DNA from: an uncultured delta proteobacterium
GTDB lineage: Bacteria; Myxococcota; Myxococcia; Myxococcales; 40CM-4-68-19
Direction of reading: 5' to 3'
Length of the DNA stretch: 64,000 nucleotides
Assembly: GCA_903911145.1 (NCBI GenBank)
Contig: CAIWCD010000002.1
Span: forward strand, 124,001-188,000
Made by a program: the position numbers and the translations under genes
The notes under the pieces: model-generated
The model's input: the letters and a program-made list of their open reading frames with translations, nothing else
Told to the model about the DNA's origin: nothing
Databases searched by the model: none
Shown: positions 38,089-48,048 of the stretch, piece by piece
How positions within the stretch are numbered: the stretch's first letter is position 1
How the letters are laid out: the number at the start of each line of letters is the position of its first letter

Positions 38089-40527
38089 CTACGCCTTCGC
38101 GCTCTTGATGCCCGTCTCGATGCGCATTCCGTAGAACGAGCGCCAGACGAAGACGACGGAGACGGCGAAGAAGATGCCCGCGAGGACGAGCCGCGTGGCC
38201 GTCGGCATCTCGGTCGCGAGCTCGACGGCGAGCAGGCCGAAGAGGGTGGTGAACTTGATGATCGGGTTCATCGCCACCGACGAGGTGTCCTTGAAGGGAT
38301 CGCCGACGGTGTCGCCGACGACCGCGGCCGCGTGCAGCGGCGTGCCCTTCTGCTTCAACTCGACCTCAACGATCTTCTTCGCGTTGTCCCAGGCGCCGCC
38401 CGCGTTGGCCATGAAGATCGCCTGGTAGAGACCGAACACCGCGATCGAGATCAGGTACCCGATGAAGAAGTAGCTCTCGAGGCAGGCGAACGCGAGCGTC
38501 GTGAAGAAGACGACCAGGAAGATGTTGAACATGCCCTTCTGCGCGTACTGCGTGCAGATCTCGACGACCTTCTTCGAGTCGCTGATCGAGGCCTTGGTCG
38601 CGCCCGAGTCGAGCTTGATGTTGGCCTTGATGAACTCGACCGCGCGGTAGGCGCCAGTGGACACGGCCTGCGTCGATGCGCCCGTGAACCAGTAGATGAT
38701 CGCGCCGCCAGCGATGAGGCCGAGCATGAACGGGGGGTGCATGAGCGAGAGGTAGTTGAGCAGCTCGGGCTTGAGGCCCTCGGTGAGCACCATGATGATC
38801 GAGAAGATCATCGTGGTCGCGCCGACGACGGCCGTTCCGATGAGCACCGGCTTCGCGGTGGCCTTGAACGTGTTGCCCGCGCCGTCGTTCTCCTCGAGGA
38901 AGTGCTTGCCCTTCTCGAAGTTGAGGTCGAAGCCGAACTTCTGCTTCACCTCGGCGGCGATGTTCGGGAGCGTCTCGATGACGGAGAGCTCGTAGACCGA
39001 CTGCGCGTTGTCCGTGACCGGACCGTAGCTGTCGACCGCGATGGTGACCGGGCCCATGCCGAGGAAGCCGAACGCGACGAGGCCGAAGGCGAAGACCGCC
39101 GAGGCGTCGGTGTGGCCGACGGTCATGATCGGGCCGAGGCCCATGCCGGCGACGAGGTAAGCAACGCCCATCAGCACGACGAAGATCATGCCGAGCCAGT
39201 AGGCGCTGAAGTTACCCGCCGTGAGTCCCGCGAGAACGTTGAGCGACGCGCCCCCCTCGCGCGAGGCCGTAACGACCTCCTGCACGTGAGCCGACTTCGT
39301 CGAGGTGAACACCTTGACGACCTCGGGGATGATCGCGCCGGCGAGCGTGCCGCAGGTGATGATCGTCGAGAGCTTCCACCAGAGCGTCGGGTCGTTGCCG
39401 AAGTCGGGGAGGAGCAGGTAGCTCACGCCGTACGTCATGATCACCGAGACGATCGAGGTCAGCCACACCAGCAGCGTGAGCGGCTGCTCGAAGTCCATGT
39501 GGTCCGCGTTGGCGTAGCGCGCCTTCGCGATCGCCTCATTGATGAAGTACGAGGCGACGGACGCGATGACCATCATGATGCGCATCGCGAAGATCCAGAC
39601 GAGCAGCTGGACCTGCTGGATGGGCGAGGCGACGGCGAGGAGGATGAAGCTGATGAGCGCGACGCCCGTGACGCCGTAGGTCTCGAAGCCGTCGGCCGAG
39701 GGACCGACCGAGTCGCCCGCGTTGTCGCCCGTGCAGTCGGCGATGACGCCGGGGTTGCGCGCGTCGTCTTCCTTGATGTTGAAGACGATCTTCATGAGGT
39801 CGGAGCCGATGTCGGCGATCTTCGTGAAGATGCCGCCCGCGATGCGCAGCGCCGAGGCGCCGAGCGACTCACCGATCGCAAATCCGATGAAGCACGGTCC
39901 CGCGTAGCTCGAGGGCACAAACAGCAGAATGCAGAGCATGAGGAAGAGCTCGGTCGAGATGAGCATGGTGCCGATGCTCATGCCGGCCTTGAGCGGAATC
40001 GCGTAGGTCGGGAACGGCTTGCCCTTGAGGCTCGCGAAGGCCGTGCGCGAGTTCGCGAACGTGTTCACGCGGATGCCGAACCAGGCGACGCCGTAGCTGC
40101 CGGCGATGCCGACGAGGCTGAAGCCGATGATGACCGCGACCTTCAGCGGCTCGAAGTGCCGGAGGAAGCCGAAGTAGACGATCATGATCGCGCCGATGAA
40201 CAGCTCGAGGATCATGATGAACTTGCCCTGCGTGACGAGATACGTCTTGCACGTCTCGTAGATCAGCTCGCTGACGTCGAGCATGCTCTGGTGGACGTCC
40301 ATCTTCTGCAGCTGCTTGTAGATGATCATGCCGAACGCGAGGCCGGCGACGCAGACGATCAGGCCGAGCATGAGCAACGTGCGCCCGGTCATGCCGAGGA
40401 ACTTGACCATCTCGAGGTCAGGGAGAACCAGCTTCGACTCATCGGCGAAGGCGGCGGGGGCGAGCGCGAAGGAACAGATCGCGGCCGCGGCGGCAAAGGC
40501 GCGCGACTTGAGGGACGTGGTCTGCAT
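38089..40527 (-). CDS. hppA: Membrane-bound pyrophosphatase, K+-independent type
   Basis: GGIFTKIADIGSDL, EDDARNP.VIADCTGDNAGD, DSYGPVTDNA, GNTFKAT, GGAWDNAKK, GDTVGDPFKDT. Confidence 0.96.
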   Translation of the reverse strand: MQTTSLKSRAFAAAAAICSFALAPAAFADESKLVLPDLEMVKFLGMTGRTLLMLGLIVCVAGLAFGMIIYKQLQKMDVHQSMLDVSELIYETCKTYLVTQGKFIMILELFIGAIMIVYFGFLRHFEPLKVAVIIGFSLVGIAGSYGVAWFGIRVNTFANSRTAFASLKGKPFPTYAIPLKAGMSIGTMLISTELFLMLCILLFVPSSYAGPCFIGFAIGESLGASALRIAGGIFTKIADIGSDLMKIVFNIKEDDARNPGVIADCTGDNAGDSVGPSADGFETYGVTGVALISFILLAVASPIQQVQLLVWIFAMRIMMVIASVASYFINEAIAKARYANADHMDFEQPLTLLVWLTSIVSVIMTYGVSYLLLPDFGNDPTLWWKLSTIITCGTLAGAIIPEVVKVFTSTKSAHVQEVVTASREGGASLNVLAGLTAGNFSAYWLGMIFVVLMGVAYLVAGMGLGPIMTVGHTDASAVFAFGLVAFGFLGMGPVTIAVDSYGPVTDNAQSVYELSVIETLPNIAAEVKQKFGFDLNFEKGKHFLEENDGAGNTFKATAKPVLIGTAVVGATTMIFSIIMVLTEGLKPELLNYLSLMHPPFMLGLIAGGAIIYWFTGASTQAVSTGAYRAVEFIKANIKLDSGATKASISDSKKVVEICTQYAQKGMFNIFLVVFFTTLAFACLESYFFIGYLISIAVFGLYQAIFMANAGGAWDNAKKIVEVELKQKGTPLHAAAVVGDTVGDPFKDTSSVAMNPIIKFTTLFGLLAVELATEMPTATRLVLAGIFFAVSVVFVWRSFYGMRIETGIKSAKA

Positions 40528-40687
40528 GGAAGATGGATCTCCGCTTTGAGTTGAATGCACCGGGATTTTGGGGCGGCGCAACATAGAGAGATCGTCCCGA
40601 TGTGGCAAGAACTCCGGGCAGGCCGAATGACCGACAGCGCACCGTCAAGCGGCGGCTTGTGCGCGCACGAGGCTCCCCCTAGCGTCG

Positions 40688-42715
40688 ATGGTTCACGCCA
40701 TGGAGGCCGACTTGCTGCCGCAGACCGCCCGTGCTTCGCTTTTCGTTTCGCTCCTCCTCGTGCTCGCGAGCGCGCCCACCCTCGCTGAGCGCGCCGCCCT
40801 GCGCGGGCCGCACCACGCGCCGTCACCTCAGTTGCAAACCGCCTCGACGCCCGTCACGCCGCCGCACCTCACCTACTGCGGCGGCAAGGTCCTCTCGCAG
40901 GCCCAGCTCGTCGCCGTCCTCTGGGGCCCGCCCGATGCGCTCCAGCCGAGCGCCTCCTGCACCAGCGATCTCGCCAGCTGCCTACGCGCCTGGTTTCCCG
41001 CATTCGTCGCGAGTCCCCAGTTCAACTGGCTCGACGAGTACCAGACGACCGTGACCGGCCCTGACGGCAACCCGGGCACGGGCCAGCACATCGGCGCGCC
41101 GAGCTTCGCCGGCGTCTTCCAGATCACGCCGGCGAATACCGCGTCCAAGGTCGGTCAATCGGAGATTGAAGCCGAGCTCGTCGCGCAGATCCAGAACCAC
41201 GTCCTGCCCGCCCCCAATGCGGCCGACGAGACGATCTACGAGGTCTTCTTCCCGCTTACCGTCGACCCGTCGGACAACGGCTTCCAAGCCTGCCAGGACT
41301 TCTGCGCCTACCACGACAGCTGGCACGCGTCCGCGCTCGGCACCAACGGGATCATCGCGATCATGCCGTCAGGCATGCCGCCCGGATATTCGGGAGGCCG
41401 CGACTGCTCGAAGTGCGGAGAGCGCAACGACTGGTTCGCCAACCTGAGCGGCTCGATCGCGCACGAGACGGTTGAAGCGATTACCGACCCCTTCCCTGGC
41501 GGCTCGTGCGGCAGCCCCACCGGTTGGCTCGACACGGCGCAGGCCGATGCGATGAGCAACCATGGCGAGATCGGCGACGCCTGCGAGGGTCTCCCGGACA
41601 CGCACCTCAGCGCGCAGATCACCGAGGTCTCGTTCAGCGATCCAGCAGACGCCGGCTACGTCTACGTCGTGCAGCGCGAGTGGTCGAACCACTACTCTGC
41701 GTGCCTCGGCACCGTCGATGACGCCTTCACCGTCTCGGGGCCCGCGCAAGAGGTCCTCGGCGCGCCGGGCGGCTCGACGGACGTGACGATCACAACCAGC
41801 ACTGCTGTCGACGCCGGCACGCCGCTGATGGTGAAGCTTGCGGCGCACGGGTTGCCCTCGTACGCGACTGCCACGTTCAACCCGGCGACGGTCTCGGCAG
41901 GCCAGACGTCGACGCTCTCGCTGGCTCTGGCTGCGGGCGCGCCGACCTCGGGCTTCAGCTTCGGAATCACGGGCGAGACCGGCTCCTCGCAGGCCCAGAC
42001 CGTCCTTTCCGTCGGCACCGCAGACTTCTCCGCGACGCTCTCTCCACAGACGACGATTGCGTTGACCGCGGGCGGCGCTGCGGCCACGGCGACTCTCTCG
42101 ACACAGCTCCTGAGCGGCAACGCGCGCGGCTTCACGCTGCGGACCACGGGCGCGGCCGGCGTGACGATCTCACCGACCACCGGGCAACTGGGCACGCCGC
42201 TGACACTCTCGCTCTCCGCCGCCGCGGGGGCACCGTCCGCGAGCAGCTCGCTCAGCCTCACCGTGACGTCGGCAGGCGTGACGCACACGACCAGCATTCC
42301 GCTGGAGATCAGCGGGGACGACGCGACGCTGGCGGTCCCGGACGGCCTGACCGTTGCGCAGGGGGGAACGACGAAGTTCACCGTCACCAGCGCGACCAAG
42401 GCCGGCAATCCGCAGGCGCTCACGCTCTCCTCAACCCATCTACCCACAGGAGCCACGGCGACCTTCTCTCCCGCACAGATCACGTCAGGACAGAGCGCGA
42501 CGTTGACGCTCTCGGTGCCGGCGACGCAGCCGCTTGCTCCGTTCACCTTCACGATCGTCGGCACGGGTCCGATTGCACCGATCTCGCTGGCGGCACCCGT
42601 GACGGTCGTTGCGCCGCCGAGCGGCTGCGCGCAGACGGACGCTCTCTCGCTGGCGCTGCTCGGCCTTCTCGTGCTTGGCGTAAGAAAGCGCGCGCGCCCC
42701 CCCAGCGCGGTCTAG
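40688..42715 (+). CDS. Secreted surface protein: Phi-1/EXORDIUM-like domain, Ig-like repeats, MYXO-CTERM-like anchor
   Basis: Signal peptide (possible TTG start 40712 after GGAGG); LTY.GG.VL, CAYH, HE..EA.TDP, GEIGDAC; ends SGC...LALLGLLVLGVRKRAR. Confidence 0.8.
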   Translation: MVHAMEADLLPQTARASLFVSLLLVLASAPTLAERAALRGPHHAPSPQLQTASTPVTPPHLTYCGGKVLSQAQLVAVLWGPPDALQPSASCTSDLASCLRAWFPAFVASPQFNWLDEYQTTVTGPDGNPGTGQHIGAPSFAGVFQITPANTASKVGQSEIEAELVAQIQNHVLPAPNAADETIYEVFFPLTVDPSDNGFQACQDFCAYHDSWHASALGTNGIIAIMPSGMPPGYSGGRDCSKCGERNDWFANLSGSIAHETVEAITDPFPGGSCGSPTGWLDTAQADAMSNHGEIGDACEGLPDTHLSAQITEVSFSDPADAGYVYVVQREWSNHYSACLGTVDDAFTVSGPAQEVLGAPGGSTDVTITTSTAVDAGTPLMVKLAAHGLPSYATATFNPATVSAGQTSTLSLALAAGAPTSGFSFGITGETGSSQAQTVLSVGTADFSATLSPQTTIALTAGGAAATATLSTQLLSGNARGFTLRTTGAAGVTISPTTGQLGTPLTLSLSAAAGAPSASSSLSLTVTSAGVTHTTSIPLEISGDDATLAVPDGLTVAQGGTTKFTVTSATKAGNPQALTLSSTHLPTGATATFSPAQITSGQSATLTLSVPATQPLAPFTFTIVGTGPIAPISLAAPVTVVAPPSGCAQTDALSLALLGLLVLGVRKRARPPSAV

Positions 42716-42752
42716 CGCGCGATCGGGAACACCACTGCTCGCCGAGTTGCTG

Positions 42753-42981
42753 TTGGGGAAGGTCAAGCTCACTGAAACGCTTTCCCTCTTCCACGAGCAG
42801 AGGCGGCCCAAGGTGGTCGGCACGCTCAGGCGAGTTCTTCGTTGTTCCGCGCGGTGTCGAGCACAAAACCGTGGCCTCGAGTGGCGAAGCGAGTGCACAG
42901 CGCTTCGAGCCAGCCGAGACGCGCAACACCGGCAACGTCTTCGACGAGACCTTCCCCGCCCCGCAGGGAGTCGCGACCTGG
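42753..42981 (+). pseudogene. Degraded cupin-domain gene
   Basis: Frameshifted fragments KVKLTETLSLFHEQRRPKVVG / GEFFVVPRGVEHKTVA / FEPAETRNTGNV; central part missing. Confidence 0.7.
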
Positions 42982-43064
42982 CTGCGGCCGCGCCTCTCAG
43001 GAAACGAAAACGGGCGCGACCCCGAAGGACCGCGCCCGCTTCGCTGCTTGAGGATCTCTCGAGA

Positions 43065-43637
43065 CTAATTGACCGGAGCCGCCGCAGCGTCCTTGTTCGC
43101 GCCCTTCGCCAGCGCCGCGAACGTGATGTTGCCGAAGCCGCTCTGGTTGCAGGCGAACATCACCTTCTTGATCACCTTGAAGGCGATCTTCTTGTCGGCC
43201 TGCACGTTCACGAGGCCGCGGAACGGATGCTCGGGATCGTTTGCGTGGATCTGGTCGTAGACGCGCTTCTGCTCGCGCAGTGCATCTTCGAGCTCGGGAA
43301 CGTTGAGCACGTCGCTCTTGGTCAGATCCTCGGTCTGCGCGATCTGCTTGCCATCGAGCGTGACCGCGTCCGCGGAAACCGAGACGACCGGCGCCCGCTC
43401 AAGCTGCGCACCGTGCACCGCGTACGGAAGCTTGATGTCCTTCGACATGTAGAGAACGTCGCCGCTCGCGGAGAAGTTCTGGATGAGGAAGATGACGATG
43501 ATGGTGAACATGTCGACGAGCGACGTGAGCATCAGCTCGGCGTAGCCGCCCTTCTTGCCGCGAGCGAACTTCGCGCCGAACACCTTGCTCTTCGCGATGC
43601 GCGCGCACGGCCGCTTTCCTGGAGTGACGATGGCCAT
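43065..43637 (-). CDS. ExbD/TolR family protein (AglS-like)
   Basis: LTSLVDMFTIIVIFL, VQADK.I.F..IKKVM. Confidence 0.9.
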   Translation of the reverse strand: MAIVTPGKRPCARIAKSKVFGAKFARGKKGGYAELMLTSLVDMFTIIVIFLIQNFSASGDVLYMSKDIKLPYAVHGAQLERAPVVSVSADAVTLDGKQIAQTEDLTKSDVLNVPELEDALREQKRVYDQIHANDPEHPFRGLVNVQADKKIAFKVIKKVMFACNQSGFGNITFAALAKGANKDAAAAPVN

Positions 43638-43645
43638 GGCGTGTC

Positions 43646-44119
43646 CTAGTTGAGCGGCGCGACGGTGACGGCGTGGAGCTGCTCGCCGAGGCAGGAGTCG
43701 ACCGCGTTCACGAGGTCGTCGTATGCGACGGCGTCCTCGGGCTGCACGGTGATCGCCTGCTGGTCCGGCAGCGTCGCCTTCAAGGTCTTGAGCTTGTCGG
43801 CGAGGGTCTTGCGATCGAACGTGAGCCCCGCCTCCTTGTCCTGGACCTTGGGGATGTCGATCGAAGAGCCGGCGATGTTGAGCGCGTAGCCCTTGTCGGT
43901 GAGGAGCAGTTTGACGTCGATCGTCTCCTGCTTCTTCTCTTCATTGGGCGGACCGCCGCTCGAGGCGACCTGCAGGCCCGCGATCTGCGTCCACACTGCC
44001 GTGATCAGCAGGAAGCTGATGCAGCAGGAGAGCAGATCGATGAACGGGACAAGGTTCAAGGAGGCGTCGAGCGCCTTCTTTTTGCCTTTCCCGGATTCTA
44101 CTGGTGCTGCACCGGCCAT
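43646..44119 (-). CDS. ExbD/TolR family protein (AglQ-like)
   Basis: LNLVPFIDLL..ISFLLITAVW, PED.V.YDDLV..D. Confidence 0.9.
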   Translation of the reverse strand: MAGAAPVESGKGKKKALDASLNLVPFIDLLSCCISFLLITAVWTQIAGLQVASSGGPPNEEKKQETIDVKLLLTDKGYALNIAGSSIDIPKVQDKEAGLTFDRKTLADKLKTLKATLPDQQAITVQPEDAVAYDDLVNAVDSCLGEQLHAVTVAPLN

Positions 44120-44149
44120 GAGTGGCTCCTTTCTTCAGCAGAAAAAGAG

Positions 44150-44812
44150 CTACTCGCCTGCCGGCATCTTCATCTTTTCGCGATTCGCAACGATCAGGTT
44201 GAGCACGCCGACCGACGTCTCGTTGATGTCGTCGACCATGTGCTGCGTGCGGCCCTGGAGCAGCGAGAAGGCCACCAGCGCCGGGATCGCGACGATCAGA
44301 CCGAAGGCGGTGCAGTTCATGGCTTCCGCGATACCGTCCGAGAGGACGCGCGCCTTTTCGGATGCATCGACGCCGGCGACTGCCGCGAAGCACTGGATCA
44401 GACCGCCGATGGTGCCGAGGAGTCCGACGAGCGTGGCGACGTTGCCGATCATCGCGAGGTAACCCGTGCGCTTCTCGATGCGGGGCAGCTCGCGGAGGCT
44501 CGCCTCGTCCATCGCCGCCTGAACTTCATCCTCGCCCTTGGGGACGTTGATGAGGCCGGCCTTGACGACGGCAGTGAGCGGCGTCGGCTTCTGACCGGCG
44601 GTGTAGCTGATCGCCTTGTCGAGATCGCCGTTGAAGATGTGCGCCTTGAGGCCGCGGACGAACTGGTCCTTGTCGATGGCCGCCTGGAAGAAGAGCACCA
44701 GGATGCGGTCCACCATGATGGCGATCGCAAAAATTCCGCAGAGCGCGATCGGCCACATGCCCTTGCCGCCGCCATGCCAGTGAAGCGCTACCTGCTCGAG
44801 AAACTCGCCCAT
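44150..44812 (-). CDS. MotA/TolQ/ExbB proton channel (AglR-like)
   Basis: ATLVGLLGTIGGLI..F, GIAEAMNCTAFGLIVAIP. Confidence 0.93.
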   Translation of the reverse strand: MGEFLEQVALHWHGGGKGMWPIALCGIFAIAIMVDRILVLFFQAAIDKDQFVRGLKAHIFNGDLDKAISYTAGQKPTPLTAVVKAGLINVPKGEDEVQAAMDEASLRELPRIEKRTGYLAMIGNVATLVGLLGTIGGLIQCFAAVAGVDASEKARVLSDGIAEAMNCTAFGLIVAIPALVAFSLLQGRTQHMVDDINETSVGVLNLIVANREKMKMPAGE

Positions 44813-44985
44813 GATGGACCTCGTATTGGTGAAGAACCCGCGGAAGTTAGATCGGTTGGACGGAAATCAACCATCCACAGATCGTCCGACCCTCGCACCG
44901 ATCCCTCATCCTGAAAGAAAGAGGCGCGCACTGTGGACTCCCGCCTCGCGCGCGTCAACGAAACTGCGCTAGGTTCCCGCACGCC

Positions 44986-46722
44986 ATGACGACAGCCTTC
45001 CCCCGCGCACGACACATCGAGCTCTCGCTGGCGGGTGCTGACGAGGCGATTTCCGCAGAGACGCGTGCGCGCGCAGAAGGCTCGGCGGCGCTCCTGATCG
45101 ACGCAGCGAATCTGTCTGCACCGCTGGTCGCGCAGGTGCCGGGCACAGCGGCAAAGATCGAGTCGGGCGCGGTGGTGCCGCTCGCGCACGCCGCGATGAT
45201 CGAGGTCTGGCGCGCGCGCGATGGTGCCGAGGCGTGTCTCGATGAAGACGGTTCGCGCACCGGTGGAATCGTGCCCCTGCTCTGCCCGAGTTCGCCGCGC
45301 GGTCGACTGGAGTTGGCGCGCGCAACGGCCGAGGCGGCGCAGCGCGGCGATGCGATTGTGCTCGATGGGATCGATCGCTGGTACGCGCAGGAGCCCAGCG
45401 CAGCCGGTCACTGTCCTCATTGCGAACGCGCGCTCGTCGAGGCGCTGCGCGTGAGTTACGGAGAGCAGCTGCAGCCCTTCTCTGCATTCGAGTTGTCGCG
45501 GCGCGCGGGTGGGCCTGCGCACGAGCGCCCCTTTGCTGGCATGCGTCTTTCGACGCGCCTTGCTGAGCCGCTTGCCGCCGTGCGCGCGGCAGTCCTGGCT
45601 GCGCGAGATTCGGCGCGCAAGTCGCGCGGCGCCGAGATCGCTGTCTTCGCGCGCACAGGCCCGCTCTCGGCGCTGGCGCTCGCGTCGGCGCGGCACCTCG
45701 ATGGACTCATCTTTGCGCTCCCGTCGACCGATCCACAGGAGGCACTGTTGCCGCTGCTCTCGGCGCGTGCAGCCCTCGGTGAGCGCGCGGCGATCGCGGA
45801 GCTTCCTGCTGGTGCGCGCCCTGACGAGGTCCGGCTGCTCGCCGCTCTCGCGACCGCTTGCGACGTCGATGTCCTGCTTCCTCCCGCGGCGTCGGACGAC
45901 GCGCGAGCCGCGCTGCTGGCCCACCGGCGCTTCGCGGCGCTGCTGCGCGAGAGGTACCGCCCGACCGCGCCAGTCGCGGACGTCGAGCTCATCATCTCTC
46001 CTGCAAGCGACCACCTGAGCGCGGGGACCCACCTGCGCGCATCGAGCGCGGCGGTCTCTGCGATCGCACGGGCGCAGCTCCAGCTCTCGGTCCGCCTCGA
46101 CACACAAGCGCCCGGTCGCGATGGCCCGCGCCTGCTGCTGCTCGCGGGCGCGCAGGCGCTCCCCGATTCGCTCGCGCCTGCGCTGCGCCGCCACGTCGAG
46201 AGCGGCGGAGATCTCCTCCTCATCGGCCAGTGCGATCGCGTCGACGAGGAGAACCGCGTGCTCGGCCCGCTCTTCCCGAGCGCGAAGCCGGGCCTCGAGC
46301 GAATCGGTGAAGGTCGCGTCTTCTCTCTCGCAGGTCCGGCCGATCCGTTCGTCGCGCAGAGCTTCACGCAGCTCGACGGTGCGATCCAGCGAGCCCTGCG
46401 TGAGTTGCTCGGCCGCACGCAGCGCACGCTCTCGATCTCCGGGCGCGGCAACCTCTGGACGCGCGCCTATCTCGACTCCGAGCGCAAGCTCGACGTGCAT
46501 CTGGTGAACCTCGAGCTGCGCGAAGGAGGATTCATCCCCGCGCAAGGCATGCTGCTGCAGATCGCGGGCGCGGCCGCAGGCGCGGGGCGCACTGGCTACT
46601 GGTTCTCTCCCGAGCGCGGAGGAAAAGACGGCGAGAAGATCGCGCTCAACCCGAGCGGCTTCTCGGTGAGCACGGTGCTGCCCACGGTCAGCGCGTCGGC
46701 GCTCCTGTCGATCCCACGATAG
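44986..46722 (+). CDS. Hypothetical protein; divergent glycoside-hydrolase-like barrel plus trimerisation-type domain (tentative)
   Basis: Long ORF; HCPHC motif; LLLLAGAQAL...LRRHVESGG.LL.IG; VHLVN. Confidence 0.55.
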   Translation: MTTAFPRARHIELSLAGADEAISAETRARAEGSAALLIDAANLSAPLVAQVPGTAAKIESGAVVPLAHAAMIEVWRARDGAEACLDEDGSRTGGIVPLLCPSSPRGRLELARATAEAAQRGDAIVLDGIDRWYAQEPSAAGHCPHCERALVEALRVSYGEQLQPFSAFELSRRAGGPAHERPFAGMRLSTRLAEPLAAVRAAVLAARDSARKSRGAEIAVFARTGPLSALALASARHLDGLIFALPSTDPQEALLPLLSARAALGERAAIAELPAGARPDEVRLLAALATACDVDVLLPPAASDDARAALLAHRRFAALLRERYRPTAPVADVELIISPASDHLSAGTHLRASSAAVSAIARAQLQLSVRLDTQAPGRDGPRLLLLAGAQALPDSLAPALRRHVESGGDLLLIGQCDRVDEENRVLGPLFPSAKPGLERIGEGRVFSLAGPADPFVAQSFTQLDGAIQRALRELLGRTQRTLSISGRGNLWTRAYLDSERKLDVHLVNLELREGGFIPAQGMLLQIAGAAAGAGRTGYWFSPERGGKDGEKIALNPSGFSVSTVLPTVSASALLSIPR

Positions 46723-46758
46723 CGCAAAGCCGCGCCCCGTGCGGTCGGGAGTCGATCC

Positions 46759-48048
46759 TCAGCGACCGAACGCAAGCATCGCTGCAGCCTGCACATCCTT
46801 CACCGATACGCCGTGCGTGCGCGCCGCCTCGAGGCAATCCTCGAACTCCGGCGCGGACTGGATGATCGCGCCGCCCTGCTTGCCGAGCTTGATGCGGACG
46901 AGTCCGAATTGCGTCTGCACCGAGGCCCACTCTCTCTCGAGCGCGCGCCGCTCGACGCGAAATGCGCGCACGCCCAGCGAGCTTGTCTCGCGGAAGAAGA
47001 TCTGCTCGCAGGCCTCGCGCACGCTCTCCGCGCAGAGCGCCGCAAGCAGGTGTCCGGGGCGTCCCTTCTTCATCACCAGCGGCGCGATCCATGCGTCCTT
47101 CGCGCCGGCCGCTAGCAGCGACGAGAGCGCCACCGCAAGCAGCTGCGGAGAGAGATCATCGAGGTTTGCCTCGAGTTGCCAGAGCAGCTCCGGCTCAAGC
47201 TGGGCGCGGGTGCCCGCTCCCTGCACCGATTCACCGAGCACGACGCGGAGCAGATTCGGCGCGTCCTCCCAGCGCTTGCTGCCTGCGCCGTAGCCAGTCG
47301 CGAGCACGGTCAGGTCGGGCAGCTGCGGCAGCGGCTCGGCGAGCGAAACCGCGAGTGCAGCGCCCGTCGGCGTGGTCCGTTCTCCCGGGCCCGAGGAGCG
47401 CAGAGCCCGCCCGCGCAGGAGCTCGAGCGTCGCCGGCGCGGGCAACGGAATCAATCCGTGCGCGCTGCGCGTGGTCCCGCCGCCCGAGGGCAGCGGCAGG
47501 CAGACGACCCGCGCGGGAGCGAGAGCCTCGAGGAGGATGGCGGTTCCGGTCACGTCGACGATGGCATCGAGGGCGCCCACCTCGTGGAACTCGACCAACT
47601 CGGGCGCAATGCCGTGAACGCGCCCTTCCGCCTCGGCGAGCGCCGCAAACGTGCGCAGCGCCCGCGTGCGCGCACCATCTGGGAGCTGCGCCCGACCGAG
47701 CAGATCTCGGATGTCACGCCAGGGCCGATGATGCGGCTCGCGCGCGGCAACCGCGTCAGGCAGCAGAACGTCGACGTGAAGCGCCCGGATGCCGTTCACT
47801 TCGACGAGCGTCTCGCGCAATTCGACGGAGGCCAGATCGATCCCGGTCGCGCCCGCCGCATCTGCCAACGCGCGCAGGCCCGCGCCCAGAGCGGCCCGCA
47901 GCGCATCCCCTCGCCCGAGCTGATCACCGAGGTGAAGCAGCGCAGCGAGACACATGTCTCCCGCGATGCCGCCGATCGGATCGATGGCAAGCAGTGTGGA
48001 GCTGCGTAGCGATTGCGGCTCGGTCAACGGCGTTCTCTCTCGCGTCAC
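46759..48048 (-). CDS. larC: Nickel-pincer cofactor nickel insertase LarC
   Basis: GIAGDMCLAAL, AEG.VHG...VEFHEVGALDAIVD, HG.IP.PAPAT, TTPTGAA, EANLDD, MKKGRPG, PEFED. Confidence 0.93.
   Translation of the reverse strand: MTRERTPLTEPQSLRSSTLLAIDPIGGIAGDMCLAALLHLGDQLGRGDALRAALGAGLRALADAAGATGIDLASVELRETLVEVNGIRALHVDVLLPDAVAAREPHHRPWRDIRDLLGRAQLPDGARTRALRTFAALAEAEGRVHGIAPELVEFHEVGALDAIVDVTGTAILLEALAPARVVCLPLPSGGGTTRSAHGLIPLPAPATLELLRGRALRSSGPGERTTPTGAALAVSLAEPLPQLPDLTVLATGYGAGSKRWEDAPNLLRVVLGESVQGAGTRAQLEPELLWQLEANLDDLSPQLLAVALSSLLAAGAKDAWIAPLVMKKGRPGHLLAALCAESVREACEQIFFRETSSLGVRAFRVERRALEREWASVQTQFGLVRIKLGKQGGAIIQSAPEFEDCLEAARTHGVSVKDVQAAAMLAFGR

Noticed and set aside
37888..40554. 888-aa + strand ORF and similar long antisense ORFs (9196-11553, 16582-18846, 22421-24613, 46962-49085)
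   Set aside because: Shadows of well-supported opposite-strand genes; typical of high-GC DNA
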